Counted from the first letter of the stretch, positions 43,675 to 53,433 are shown. The stretch: DNA of 64,000 bases from an uncultured Adlercreutzia sp. (GCF_951801035.1 NZ_CATOKT010000002.1), one strand, 5' to 3'. Notes: generated by a model from the letters alone, not told the origin. Translations and numbers: made by a program.

Positions 43675-45162
43675 ATGGCGGGTAGGGCAATACCCAGCTG
43701 GGCTGCGGGCGATCAATCGCCGGCGCCATTTGCGCTGCGCCCGGTTCATGGCGCCCTGGCGGCGTTCGTCTTGACGCTGCCAGCCTATACCCCGACGCTT
43801 TCCTACTTCTCCGAGGCTCCTCAGGCATCGGCCCTCAGCGATGCCTTTCTCTTCGCCCTGCTGCTTGGGGCGCTTCTTGTCGCCGTTCTTATGACCGTCC
43901 GGGGGCTGCAAACGTCTCCCCAGGTTCGCGGGGACGGAATTCTGTCACGCGTGGCGGTGGCAGCCTATGTGGTCGGAATCGCGCTGTTTCTGGTGCTGCT
44001 GTTCCAGGGGCAGCCGGTCCCTCTGCTTGCCATCCTGGCAGGTTTTGTTGCGGGTGCCGCTTTGCCGATGTTGGTGACAACTTGGGCTCGCATGGTGGCT
44101 GTGCCGATGGATCGGGCGCTTTTGCTTTGCGGCTTTGTCGGTGTGGTTGTTTCGTTTCTGGGGTGGGTACTTTCGCTGCTGCCGGTGCATCTGCTGGCGC
44201 CGGTGTACGGCGTGCTCGTGCTGGCGGGCGTGGTACCGCTCTGGGTTGGTGCTCGGGCGCCAGGGATAGACGCCGGGTCTCCTGAGGCCGCTCCCCGGGG
44301 AGCCTTGCGCAACCTGCTTTCAGTGACGTGGTTGCCTTTGCTGGGGCTGGCAGTTTTCGCGTTCATGACGACGGTGATGGCACACAGTGCGTTCGGCGTG
44401 GTACGGGCCACGTTTTTGAGCGGCGTACTTGCCGCCGTGGTCGTGTTCGGCGTCTGCTTCCTGTGGGGGCGCAAGCCGCTGCTGCCCTGGTGCTACCGCG
44501 TGCTTGTTCCTTTGCTGGGGGCAGTGTTCGTGGTGCTGGGCGCCTTCCCCGCTGGCACGTTCCCGCGCGAGGTGTCCGTGGTGGCGCTGTATCTGTTCTA
44601 CCTGGTGCTGGCTATGCTGGGATGCGCTTTGTTTCTGGCGGTGGTACACGCCCGCGAGTTGTCGGCGCGCGTTGCCTTGGGCTTCGGCGTCGGCGTGGTA
44701 GCGCTGGCGGCGTTGGTGGGGTGCATCCTTTCCCAGGTGCTTCAGGTTACGGCCGATTTCTCGCCGTGGCTCACCGTCCTTACCGGCGCGTTCATTGCCG
44801 TGCTGCTGGTGTTTTTGGGACGCACGGCGTGGGACGAGCTGGGTGAATTGCAAGAGGCGCGGGCTGCCGCGGCGGTGGCAGAGGTTGTTCCGGAAAGGAC
44901 GCCCCTTGCCGACAGCATTCTGGTCGATTTACCCGTGCGGGTGCCTCTCGAGGCGCGCTGTGCCGCCCTGGCCGAGCGGTTCGGTCTGTCCCCGCGCGAG
45001 GCGGAAATCCTTGGGTACCTGGCGCGCGGTTTCTCTCCTACCTACATTGCCAAGGACCTGGTGCTTTCCGTGAGCACCGTGCGCACTCACGTGCGGAACA
45101 TTTATCGCAAGCTGGGCATCGGCAAGCGCGAAGAGCTCATCCACCTGGTGGACGAGGAGTAG
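43675..45162 (+). CDS. polytopic membrane-bound LuxR-family transcriptional regulator
   Basis: About 10 TM segments followed by LSPREAEILGYLARGFSPTYIAKDLVLSVSTVRTHVRNIYRKLG. Start at Met35 of the track ORF. Confidence 0.8.
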   Translation: MAGRAIPSWAAGDQSPAPFALRPVHGALAAFVLTLPAYTPTLSYFSEAPQASALSDAFLFALLLGALLVAVLMTVRGLQTSPQVRGDGILSRVAVAAYVVGIALFLVLLFQGQPVPLLAILAGFVAGAALPMLVTTWARMVAVPMDRALLLCGFVGVVVSFLGWVLSLLPVHLLAPVYGVLVLAGVVPLWVGARAPGIDAGSPEAAPRGALRNLLSVTWLPLLGLAVFAFMTTVMAHSAFGVVRATFLSGVLAAVVVFGVCFLWGRKPLLPWCYRVLVPLLGAVFVVLGAFPAGTFPREVSVVALYLFYLVLAMLGCALFLAVVHARELSARVALGFGVGVVALAALVGCILSQVLQVTADFSPWLTVLTGAFIAVLLVFLGRTAWDELGELQEARAAAAVAEVVPERTPLADSILVDLPVRVPLEARCAALAERFGLSPREAEILGYLARGFSPTYIAKDLVLSVSTVRTHVRNIYRKLGIGKREELIHLVDEE

Positions 45163-45393
45163 GGAAACGACTCCCTTAAACCACGGTGATGCCAGGGCTG
45201 CTGGCTTTTCCAGCGGCAGTTTTTGCCGCGCTTGCTGGCAAGTAGGAGTAGGCCCACTGATCTTCTCGTGCACAATGGGGCCATGAAAAAGACAGGGATC
45301 AGGCCAGCGGTCATTGACTTCATTCGGGATGCCGCCCGCGTCTACGGGCTGCGGCGAGCTGCGCGAATGACTGCCTGCTAGCTGCGGGGCTCA

Positions 45394-45864
45394 TTAAGCT
45401 TCTTCCACGAGCTTCTCGTACTTCTCGAACAAATCGGGGAACGTGCGCTTAAGGCTGACGGGCTTGAAGGTTTCGCGCTCTACCACACAGACGGTGACCA
45501 GAGCATCCACCAGCGGGGTGGCGCCTTCGCGCAGCAGCGGCTCGCCGGCCTCGTCGGTGCCTGCGGCATCTTCCGCGCGGAACACCTGTTGGCGGTAGAC
45601 CGTGCGCATGGGCAGGTTCTTCGCCACCGAGGTGCGCACGAAGCCCGCTTCGCCGTAGCGCAGCGGCGCTTTGTAGGTGATGTCGATGTGGTAGATGGGG
45701 CTCATGTAGCCCGCCTGCTCGATGCGCTCGTTGTAAGAGAAATCGGCGGCGTTCAGGTAGTCGATGCGCGCGTCCTCGAAGTACAGCAGATAGTTGGCGT
45801 GGTACACCACCCCCATCATATCGGTCTCGCCGTATCGGACGGTAATGGGGGTGTGCACATGCAT
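45394..45864 (-). CDS. YbgC/4HBT-family acyl-CoA thioesterase
   Basis: VRYGETDMMGVVYHANYLLYFEDAR hotdog-fold motif. Start at Met27 of the track ORF. Confidence 0.85.
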   Translation of the reverse strand: MHVHTPITVRYGETDMMGVVYHANYLLYFEDARIDYLNAADFSYNERIEQAGYMSPIYHIDITYKAPLRYGEAGFVRTSVAKNLPMRTVYRQQVFRAEDAAGTDEAGEPLLREGATPLVDALVTVCVVERETFKPVSLKRTFPDLFEKYEKLVEEA

Positions 45865-45934
45865 AGCCACGCTCGCTTTCCTCGCTTGGTATTTGCTTCC
45901 GATTATAGCGAAGCATTCCCCGTACATGAGATTT

Positions 45935-45960
45935 GGTCTCAAATTGACGGTTTAGCAGGA
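45935..45960 (+). repeat. solo copy of the 26-nt repeat GGTCTCAAATTGACGGTTTAGCAGGA
   Basis: Related to the copies at 50090 and 51627. Lies in the thioesterase/LuxR intergenic gap. Confidence 0.75.
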
Positions 45961-45972
45961 AAGCAGGCCCAT

Positions 45973-47400
45973 TCACCTCTGTTCTACTACAAGTAGATCC
46001 AGCAGTTCCTGCCGTGTGTTGATGCCCACCTTCTCGTAAATGTGTCGCGTGTGGGCTTTCGCTGTACCCTCGGCGATGACCAGCTCCTGGGCCACGCCGG
46101 AAAGCGACTTGCCGCGGGCCAACAGCTCAAGCACCTCGGTTTCACGCGCAGTGAGATGGCGTTCTTCGGCGAGCTCAGCGCAGCGGCGGGTGAGGCGCGT
46201 GCGCTCGGTTTCCTCGGGTGGCCGCTTGCCCAGGAAGACAATGCCCCAGCGTTCCCCAATTTCCCGTTCGTTGAGCACGAGCGCAGCAACAACGGCAATG
46301 AGAACGACAAGAATGACGGCTCCGACGGCCGGTCCCGCTTCTCCTAAAATGCCCGTGTTGCTGAGGAGCCGCGCTTCGGTGTTTCCCACCCAGCTCAGCA
46401 TCACTAAAGCCTCTTCGATACCGAAAAGCAGCAGGGCGCTGACGCCGAAGCGCTTGCAAATATCGCAGAAGAACAAGAAGACGAGGGCGCCGAAGAGCGT
46501 GGAGCCGAAGACCACCAGAAAGCTGCCGACGGCCGTGCCGCCCAGGCCAAAGAGCGGAGGCAGCAGCATGCCGAAGCAGATGAGGATGATGGGAGTGCGG
46601 TAGAGCGTCGAGAGAGGGAAGCGGTCCGAGAAGTACCACACCCAGACGAACAAAACGAGCGCGGCGGCCAAGGTGGTAAGGGTGGAATGAGGGCCGATGA
46701 CGCCGCCCAGCGCCGGATCGATCTGCGCGACGCAATAGCCCGAGGCGACATCGAAAAGAGCAAGAACCAGGAAGAACTTCCAGGGCACAAGGCGCCGAGC
46801 AGCATGCTGGGGCCGCTCGGCGTCAGGTATGTAACGTCCGTAGGCACGATGGGCCAGGGCAGCGGAAAGCAGCGGCAGGGCAACAAGCGCTCCATAAAGG
46901 TACCCATCACGGAAGCCCTCCAAAAGATAGGTGAGGGCCACGCCTCCCATGAAGCTGAGGGCGTAGTAGAGTGCAGCGCGTATGGGGTTCAAGCAGCTGT
47001 AGATCTCGCACCAAAGAAGGATGAGCAATGCCGATCCGGCGCCTGCGGCAACGGCGGCAGGAAGTGCCAGAGTCTGCGCCAGCGCCGGGTTGTCGAGCGC
47101 GATCACATTGGCGGCGCTTGAAAGTCCGAGCAAGAGCGCGATGGCGGGATAGGTGGCGCGCCGCCCCGCAAGAGGAGCAATCTGTTTCGAGAGAAGAGCA
47201 ATGGCCAAAGCGAAGATGGCGAGGAACACGTCGTAGAGAAAGTGCCCCACCGCTTCGTTGACGGGAAGGGGCAGAGGGGGATTGGCGTAGGACAGGGACA
47301 CCCATGCGCGCCACAAGGCAAACCCAAGAAAGGCGAGGGGCATATCAAGGAGAATCGAAAGAGACTTTCCCTCGGTGGGGGTGCTCTGCAACACGGGCAC
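45973..47400 (-). CDS. polytopic membrane-bound LuxR-family transcriptional regulator
   Basis: About 10 TM segments followed by LTARETEVLELLARGKSLSGVAQELVIAEGTAKAHTRHIYEKVG. GTG start preceded by AAAGGAG. Confidence 0.8.
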   Translation of the reverse strand: MPVLQSTPTEGKSLSILLDMPLAFLGFALWRAWVSLSYANPPLPLPVNEAVGHFLYDVFLAIFALAIALLSKQIAPLAGRRATYPAIALLLGLSSAANVIALDNPALAQTLALPAAVAAGAGSALLILLWCEIYSCLNPIRAALYYALSFMGGVALTYLLEGFRDGYLYGALVALPLLSAALAHRAYGRYIPDAERPQHAARRLVPWKFFLVLALFDVASGYCVAQIDPALGGVIGPHSTLTTLAAALVLFVWVWYFSDRFPLSTLYRTPIILICFGMLLPPLFGLGGTAVGSFLVVFGSTLFGALVFLFFCDICKRFGVSALLLFGIEEALVMLSWVGNTEARLLSNTGILGEAGPAVGAVILVVLIAVVAALVLNEREIGERWGIVFLGKRPPEETERTRLTRRCAELAEERHLTARETEVLELLARGKSLSGVAQELVIAEGTAKAHTRHIYEKVGINTRQELLDLLVVEQR

Positions 47401-47724
47401 TCCTTTGGATGCGAACGGGCGGTCATGGCGGTGAAGGCTTGGCGGCAGGGGGAGAGCGGTCCAGGGCTTTCTCCGCCAGTTTCGGCGTTGTCAATTATAC
47501 AAGCCTCAGTACGTCTCAAGAAATACCAGATAAAGGGGGTGTTTAGGAAGGGTGTTTATAAAGATAAACAGCGAATTTCTCCGGCGGTCGATGTGCCGAG
47601 AGCAGCCAGCGACCTAAAGTGGGTCCCGCAAAAGCCGCCGAGCTGGATGCAGGAAGGCCGGCAGGCGCTGGGTACGAACACTTGGTGCCGAGGCGGCGTA
47701 GGGAGAGATAAGAGGAGGGTTCCC

Positions 47725-49341
47725 ATGAACACCATCGAAGCCAACCAGGGTATCAGCCGTCGCGGTCTTTTTAAGTTGGGCGGACTTACCGCTGCCACCA
47801 TGGCCGGCGCTTCGCTTCTCAGCGGATGCGGCCAGCCGCGTCAGGCCGGCACCCCCACCGCCGAGACCGGAGCAGCCGTCTCCGATGGCACGCCGAGCTT
47901 CTTGGTCGCGCCCGAGCCTATTGCCAACCCTGATGAAACCCGTGAGTTCGAGGTTGTCGTCGTAGGCGCCGGCGTTTCAGGTATGGCCGCTGCCATGTCC
48001 GCGGCTGAGGCGGGTGCCAAGACGGCTTGCGTTCAGCGTGAGATTGCGCCGTCGTCCCAGGGCAATATGGCGGCCTCGGTGGACTTGGAGCAGACGAGCG
48101 AAGCGGCCAAGCAGGCGCTGATCAGCTACCTCATCACGTTGGGCCAGCATCGCAGCAATCGCGCTCTGCTCGAGGTGTGGGCCGATAACTCCTACGAGGC
48201 CCTTGCCTGGTTCAAGGAGGCAGCGGCCAAGGGCGGCGTAGAGGTGAATCCCGACGAGCCTCAGGCTGATCGCGTGCTCGACATCAACGGGTATAAGGTG
48301 TACCTGCATGCCAACACCTATTTCGGCATCGGCCACGATGAGGTGGTGAAGGCCATCGAGCCCACGGCCACGGCCGCTGGCGTTGAGTTTTTCTTCGAGT
48401 GCCCTGCTGTGCAGCTGGTCACCGATGAGGGCGGTCGCGTGACGGGCGTGGTGTGCGAAGAGGGTGGCAAGAACGTGCTCTTCAACGCTTCCAAGGGCGT
48501 TATTCTGGCTACGGGCGACTACCAGTGCGACGAGGAGATGGTGGCCTACTACTGTCCCGATATCGTCGGCTTCCCGCCGTGCCAGATCAACCGTACCGGC
48601 GACGGCCACAAGATGGGCGTATGGGCTGGCGGCGAAATCGAGCCGACCACGCATACGAAGATGATTCACGATGCCCGCGTCGGCCGCGTCGACACGCCGC
48701 ATCTGCTGGTGAACACCAAGGGTGAGCGCTTCATGTGCGAAGGCCCCATGCAGGGTTACCTGAACAATTACGTGCGCGAAGTTATCCACGAGACGGGGGA
48801 CCCCACGGCGGGCAACCTCTATACCGTGGTGGATGCGAAATGGCAGGAGCAGATTGTCGAGTGGAAGGCCCTCGATCCCGAGATCGACGCATCGAACTGC
48901 AAGTGGTACTACGAGGGCAACACCATCGAGGAGGCTTGCGCCGCCATGGCCGCTGATACTGAATCGGGCGGCTATACGCTGGATCCTGCTGCGGTGCAGG
49001 CGACGGTGGATCGCTATAACGAACTGTGCGCCAAGGGAGCCGATGACGACTTCGGCAAGAACCCCGTGTTCATGCGCGCCCTCGAGAATCCGCCGTTCAT
49101 CATTGTGCCCCACGAGTTCGGTTTTGGCCTATCGGCCATCATCGGCGGCCTGTTGGTCAATGCCGACAACCAGGTGCTGAAGGCGGAGGAGCACACGCCC
49201 ATCGAGGGTCTCTTCGCCGTGGGCAATGTGTCCGGCTGCTTCTACGGCGGCGTTGACTACCCCATGGACGTCCTGGGCCTCTCCATTGGCCGTGCCATCA
49301 CGGGCGGCTATGTAGCTGGCAAGCACGTGGCAAGCTTGTAG
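47725..49341 (+). CDS. TAT-exported, lipobox-bearing FAD-dependent reductase (fumarate-reductase/urocanate-reductase flavoprotein family), substrate unknown
   Basis: ISRRGLFKLGGLTAATMAGASLLSGC signal, dinucleotide motif VVVVGAGVSGMAAA, C-terminal GLFAVGNVSG. RBS AGGAGGG. Start at Met162 of track ORF 47242. Confidence 0.85.
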   Translation: MNTIEANQGISRRGLFKLGGLTAATMAGASLLSGCGQPRQAGTPTAETGAAVSDGTPSFLVAPEPIANPDETREFEVVVVGAGVSGMAAAMSAAEAGAKTACVQREIAPSSQGNMAASVDLEQTSEAAKQALISYLITLGQHRSNRALLEVWADNSYEALAWFKEAAAKGGVEVNPDEPQADRVLDINGYKVYLHANTYFGIGHDEVVKAIEPTATAAGVEFFFECPAVQLVTDEGGRVTGVVCEEGGKNVLFNASKGVILATGDYQCDEEMVAYYCPDIVGFPPCQINRTGDGHKMGVWAGGEIEPTTHTKMIHDARVGRVDTPHLLVNTKGERFMCEGPMQGYLNNYVREVIHETGDPTAGNLYTVVDAKWQEQIVEWKALDPEIDASNCKWYYEGNTIEEACAAMAADTESGGYTLDPAAVQATVDRYNELCAKGADDDFGKNPVFMRALENPPFIIVPHEFGFGLSAIIGGLLVNADNQVLKAEEHTPIEGLFAVGNVSGCFYGGVDYPMDVLGLSIGRAITGGYVAGKHVASL

Positions 49342-49554
49342 GCGCTCATGCGGCAAGCAGGCGCGTGGCGGCGAAGTGCTGCTGTGCCGAGGGCTTGCAA
49401 ATGTTGGCAAAGCCGGGGGTTTGTGCGCGTTGAGCGCTGGAGGAGCCGTAGGGCCTTTCGCCTCAGGAGCCTAAGGGATCAGCTCACGAGGCGGGAAGAG
49501 CTCCGCAGGAAAAGCCTCACAGGAAGAACCCCACGCCTATTTAACCCTCCCTCT

Positions 49555-49582
49555 GCGAAGGCCCGCTTATGCGGGCCTTCGC
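49555..49582. terminator. 12-bp perfect stem-loop between convergent reductase and rhaM genes
   Basis: GCGAAGGCCCGC-TTAT-GCGGGCCTTCGC. Confidence 0.6.
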
Positions 49583-49615
49583 TGGTGCCTGAGGGAAAGC
49601 GACAGACCGCTGACG

Positions 49616-49927
49616 CTAATCCAAATGGAACAGCACGGGCAGGTCGACGCTGACGGGGGAGTTGTCCTCGTTGGTTTCCATGATGTCGGCCATGAAGTCC
49701 CACCACTTGCGATTGATGGCGGTGTCGGCGCCGGCGGCCCACTTCTCGGGGTCGTCAATTTCGATGTAGCCGAACAGCGTGAGGGTGTCCGGATCGAGCG
49801 CGATGGTGTAGTTACGGCCGCCGTGCTCGTGGATCATGTCGATCATCTCGGGCCACAGCTCATTGTGGCGCCGCTCGTACTCTTCCTCCATGCCAGGGTA
49901 GAGCTTCATCTTGAATGTCTTGATCAT
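49616..49927 (-). CDS. rhaM: L-rhamnose mutarotase
   Basis: MIKTFKMKLYPGMEEEYERRHNELWPEM...NYTIALD...LFGYIEI...WWDFMADIM. Start at Met7 of the track ORF. Confidence 0.85.
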   Translation of the reverse strand: MIKTFKMKLYPGMEEEYERRHNELWPEMIDMIHEHGGRNYTIALDPDTLTLFGYIEIDDPEKWAAGADTAINRKWWDFMADIMETNEDNSPVSVDLPVLFHLD

Positions 49928-50089
49928 GGGTCCTCCTCGGGGCATCAGCTCGGGTTCGCTTAGTGGCTGCGCTCATTATAGAGAGCGAGCCCTGCTCGGG
50001 AGCTGTCGCGTCACATTTGGCACGGGCTTGAAATTCTCCCGTGCCTCTCGCAGGGCAACGTTCCTTGCGTAATGAGATTCTCGAAAAAT

Positions 50090-50115
50090 GGTCTGAAAAG
50101 TGCGGTTTAGCAGGA
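50090..50115 (+). repeat. 26-nt repeat GGTCTGAAAAGTGCGGTTTAGCAGGA
   Basis: 23/26 identical to 51627-51652, same orientation, on the opposite flank of paralog 2. Confidence 0.85.
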
Positions 50116-50183
50116 ACAGCGCAACAGCTTCCGTTAGTGACCTGCGGAAACAGCGCTCGCGCTTCAGGAGGTGGGGTAGGTTT

Positions 50184-50229
50184 GGCCTGGAATGCGCGGT
50201 TTAGCATGCTAAACCGCGCATTCCAGGCC
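50184..50229. repeat. perfect 46-nt palindrome GGCCTGGAATGCGCGGTTTAGCA|TGCTAAACCGCGCATTCCAGGCC
   Basis: Seen directly. Both-strand track ORFs give the identical peptide AWNARFSMLNRAFQA. Each half-site is related to the 26-nt repeat. Confidence 0.95.
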
Positions 50230-50508
50230 ATTTTTCGAGAATGGAGTTTGCCTTACTGATTGCTTGGCACTGTGTTTTGTCTGGCTCTAGATACTGCCAA
50301 GTTGTTTGCAGAAGAAGGATCGCACGCTGTGCTCTTGCTAGGTTTTCGTGCGCTGCGTCTCCGCTCGCTTTTCGTGCGCTGTGTCCCAGCGAGACCCTCG
50401 TGTACGGCGCCCTCGCTAGACTCTCGCGAGCTGTGCCATAATGAGGCCCTCATGCGCTACTCTCTGGCTCGGCTCTTGCGTGTTGCGATCCCGCCCGTTG
50501 CTCGCGTG

Positions 50509-51492
50509 TCAATTGGCTCCACGCATCCAGGTGCTGTTGAGATAACCGTCGAGGTTCCAGCCCAAGCTGAAGAGTAACTGCTGGTTGTGAGCGAAGGACG
50601 TGCTCTTTGGATTGAGGCGGCGTCCTCTGCGCTGGGCTGCCTGCTCGGCAATGTGATGCATGGCTTGCGGGCTGGCCAGCTGCTTTGTGGTGACCGTTAT
50701 CACCTTGAACCCTTTAGCCTCAAGGGCCAGACGTTTGGTGGCATCCCGAGAGATCTGCTGAGGGGTAAGGTGCTCGGCGTTTGAGTCGTACTCGATGACC
50801 AATTTGGACTCACGATGGAGCAGATCGGGTACGAGAGATCCCCGATCGGTCATGGTCTGGGTCTTGTGTCCCGAAGCGAGACGCTGGTTCGCCTGAAAGC
50901 CAGCCAGTTGAAAGCCGCCGAGTCGATAGGGGAGTTCGAGCACCATGGAGAGGAAGGATTCTGGTGGAGAGGCGGTTCTTTCGCTCAAGAACGGAAGTGT
51001 TTTCCGGGCTGCTTTTACGCCGGGAAGCCCCGCGTTTTTCTCGATGAAGTTTGCCAGTTTACGAGTTGTGGTGAGAGGCTGACGACTCTCCAGGCTCCCT
51101 CGCTGCAGTGGGTCTATGAAGAAGAGGCTGCACAAGGCATTGCCTGCTCGCACGAGCTCGTGAAGGGACATGCTTCGGGCAAGCTGTACAAAGCAAAGTT
51201 CGGGGCAAGCGATAAAGACCCCGCTTGCAATAAGCAGGAAAGGTTTGCCCGGCAGCGCGAATGTGCATGCGTGCGCGCGGACGCCCTCGATGGGCCAAGC
51301 GGTGCGTGTGGGGACGAGCAGCTCGTAGGGCTGGGGTATCTGTGGCAGTGTTTCGGCAAGATACTCTGCCAGTTGCAGCGTTGGGGCGCAGTCTTTGAGG
51401 GCGGACCGATCGACGCGCGAAAGACTGCCAACGTCCCATGGAAACGTCAGCCAGAATGAAAACGCCGATGTGCCGTAAAGGAAAGCTCTCAT
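50509..51492 (-). CDS. DUF559-like (Vsr-fold endonuclease-like C-terminus) protein, paralog 2
   Basis: LVIEYDSNAEHLTPQQISRDATKRLALEAKGFKVITVT and shared blocks CPELCFVQLARSMSLHELVRAGNALC / ASPPESFL with paralog 1. Confidence 0.65.
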   Translation of the reverse strand: MRAFLYGTSAFSFWLTFPWDVGSLSRVDRSALKDCAPTLQLAEYLAETLPQIPQPYELLVPTRTAWPIEGVRAHACTFALPGKPFLLIASGVFIACPELCFVQLARSMSLHELVRAGNALCSLFFIDPLQRGSLESRQPLTTTRKLANFIEKNAGLPGVKAARKTLPFLSERTASPPESFLSMVLELPYRLGGFQLAGFQANQRLASGHKTQTMTDRGSLVPDLLHRESKLVIEYDSNAEHLTPQQISRDATKRLALEAKGFKVITVTTKQLASPQAMHHIAEQAAQRRGRRLNPKSTSFAHNQQLLFSLGWNLDGYLNSTWMRGAN

Positions 51493-51626
51493 GAAGGGAG
51501 TGTAAGCGAGAATTTAGGAATGCGAGGAGGTTATTTGGGAGTTCACCATATTCCCCGAGAGTTGTGCGTGGCCTAGCTAGTTTCTGCTCTAGCAATTGGT
51601 GGGCTAGCCAGGGCGTTTGCAAAATT

Positions 51627-51652
51627 GTTCTGAAAAGTACGGTTTAGCAGGA
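51627..51652 (+). repeat. 26-nt repeat GTTCTGAAAAGTACGGTTTAGCAGGA
   Basis: Direct-repeat partner of 50090-50115. Confidence 0.85.
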
Positions 51653-51734
51653 GCGCTTGGGTTTTTCGTTTACAGACGAACTTTTGACCAGGGGCTATGC
51701 GGGGTGGCTACTCTCGCGCACGAAGAGGCGTTCT

Positions 51735-51770
51735 GAAATTGACGGTTTATCATGAGAAACCGTCAATTTC
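51735..51770. repeat. 14-bp inverted repeat GAAATTGACGGTTT-N8-AAACCGTCAATTTC
   Basis: Same family core (CGGTTTA..TAAACCG) as the 46-nt palindrome. Same relative position (about 80-95 nt after the 26-nt repeat). Confidence 0.85.
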
Positions 51771-52068
51771 GGGTCAATTTTGCTGCAGGGTGCATGGGGC
51801 ATGACGTTTTGTGCGGGGGCTTGGTCGTGGGGCGGGCGTGGGTGCGGGGCAGCTGTGGGGTGGATGTGAGCGGCGATGGGCCAAGGTTAATAGCAGCTCG
51901 GGGAGATGGCGGCTGAGGAAGCAGCCTCATGCATGATGATGCAAGACGCGCGTCGTGACGTGTGATAAGAGGAGCCGCGACCTTGAACAGACTCCCACTT
52001 CTTGGACAAAAGAAACAGGAGGCAGTCCAAAATGGTCGTGGCTCTTTTGGCGAAAGCTTGTAAGACGC

Positions 52069-53433
52069 TTAGTTCTTCAGCGAGTTCAAAGGTGCGGGCA
52101 TGCGGCCGCCGCGGTGGGCGAAGACGGTGCCGGCGTAGGGGTTTACGGGCATGACCGGGGCGTAGCCGAGCAGGCCGCCGAAGTCGAGCTGGTCGCCTAC
52201 CGACTTGCCGATAGCGGGAATGAGGCGCACGGCGGTGGTCTTGCAGTTGATCATGCCGATGGCGCATTCGTCGGCGATGATGCCGAAGATGGCTTCCTGG
52301 GTGGTGTCGCCCGGCACGGCGATCATGTCGAGGCCCACGGAGCACACGCAGGTCATGGCCTCCAGTTTCTCGATGGACAGCGCACCGTCCTCGGCTGCGC
52401 GAATCATGCCGGCGTCCTCGGAGACGGGAATGAAGGCGCCGGACAGGCCGCCCACGCTGGAGCTTGCCATAACGCCGCCCTTTTTCACGGCGTCGTTCAA
52501 CATGGCCAGGGCCGCTGTGGTGCCGGGGCCGCCGCACTGGCCTACGCCAATGGCCTCGAGGATTTCGGCCACGGAATCACCCTCGGCCGGGGTGGGGGCC
52601 AACGACAGGTCCAGGATGCCCTTCTGCACGCCCAAGCGGCGCGACGCCTCGCGGGCCATGAGCTCGCCGGCGCGGGTGATCTTGAAGGCGGTGGCCTTGA
52701 TGGCCTCGGCCACGGTGGTGAGGTCGGCCTCCTTCGGCAGGTCGGCCAGGACGGCGCGCACCACACCGGGGCCCGATACGCCCACGTTCACCACTTCGTC
52801 GGCCTCGCCCGAACCGTGGAAAGCGCCGGCCATGAAGGGGTTGTCCTCCACGGCGTTGCAGAACACTACCAGCTTGCCGGCGCCGATGCACTGGCGGTCG
52901 GCGGTCAGCTCGGCGGCGCGCTTGATGATGCCGGCCATCTTGAAAGCGGCATCCATGTTGATGCCGGCGCGGGTGGAGCCCACGTTCACCGAAGCGCACA
53001 CGCGCTCGGTGGTAGCCAGGGCCTCGGGGATGGAGTCCATGAGCTTGTGGTCGGCGCGGGTGGCTCCCTTGTGCACGAGCGCCGAGAAGCCGCCCACGAA
53101 GTCGACGCCCACCTCGGCGCCGGCGCGGTCCATGGCGCGGGCGATGGGGGAGAGGTCGTCGGCGGTGACGGCGGCGCAGATTTCCGCGATGGGGGTGACC
53201 GAGATGCGCTTGTTCACAATGGGAATGCCGAATTCGCGCTCCAGCTGCTCGGCCGTGGGTACCAGCTTCTCGGCGGCCGAGGTCATGCGGTCGTAGACCT
53301 TGGTGGCCAGTGCGTCCACGTCGGCGTCGACGCAACCGCGCAAATTGATGCCCAGGGTGATGGTGCGGATGTCCAGGTTCTGTTTGGACACCATGGCCAG
53401 CGTTTCGGCAATTTCAGCAGGGGTGATCTGCAT
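52069..53433 (-). CDS. UPF0210/DUF711 (PFL-like fold) protein
   Basis: [34 protein letters not shown] and the 454-aa length match the conserved UPF0210 family. Start at Met37 of the track ORF, with RBS AAGGAG. Confidence 0.85.
   Translation of the reverse strand: MQITPAEIAETLAMVSKQNLDIRTITLGINLRGCVDADVDALATKVYDRMTSAAEKLVPTAEQLEREFGIPIVNKRISVTPIAEICAAVTADDLSPIARAMDRAGAEVGVDFVGGFSALVHKGATRADHKLMDSIPEALATTERVCASVNVGSTRAGINMDAAFKMAGIIKRAAELTADRQCIGAGKLVVFCNAVEDNPFMAGAFHGSGEADEVVNVGVSGPGVVRAVLADLPKEADLTTVAEAIKATAFKITRAGELMAREASRRLGVQKGILDLSLAPTPAEGDSVAEILEAIGVGQCGGPGTTAALAMLNDAVKKGGVMASSSVGGLSGAFIPVSEDAGMIRAAEDGALSIEKLEAMTCVCSVGLDMIAVPGDTTQEAIFGIIADECAIGMINCKTTAVRLIPAIGKSVGDQLDFGGLLGYAPVMPVNPYAGTVFAHRGGRMPAPLNSLKN

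Noticed and set aside
51813-51862. Six closely spaced G-tracts (possible G-quadruplex) upstream of the UPF0210 region.
   Set aside because: This cannot be distinguished from chance in a GC-rich intergenic region without genome-wide statistics, and it has no positional link to a promoter that I can define.
52069-53433. UPF0210 gene lacks its usual small ACT-domain (UPF0237) partner.
   Set aside because: The partner may simply be encoded elsewhere. The 168-nt upstream gap contains no ORF, and nothing further can be concluded from the sequence.
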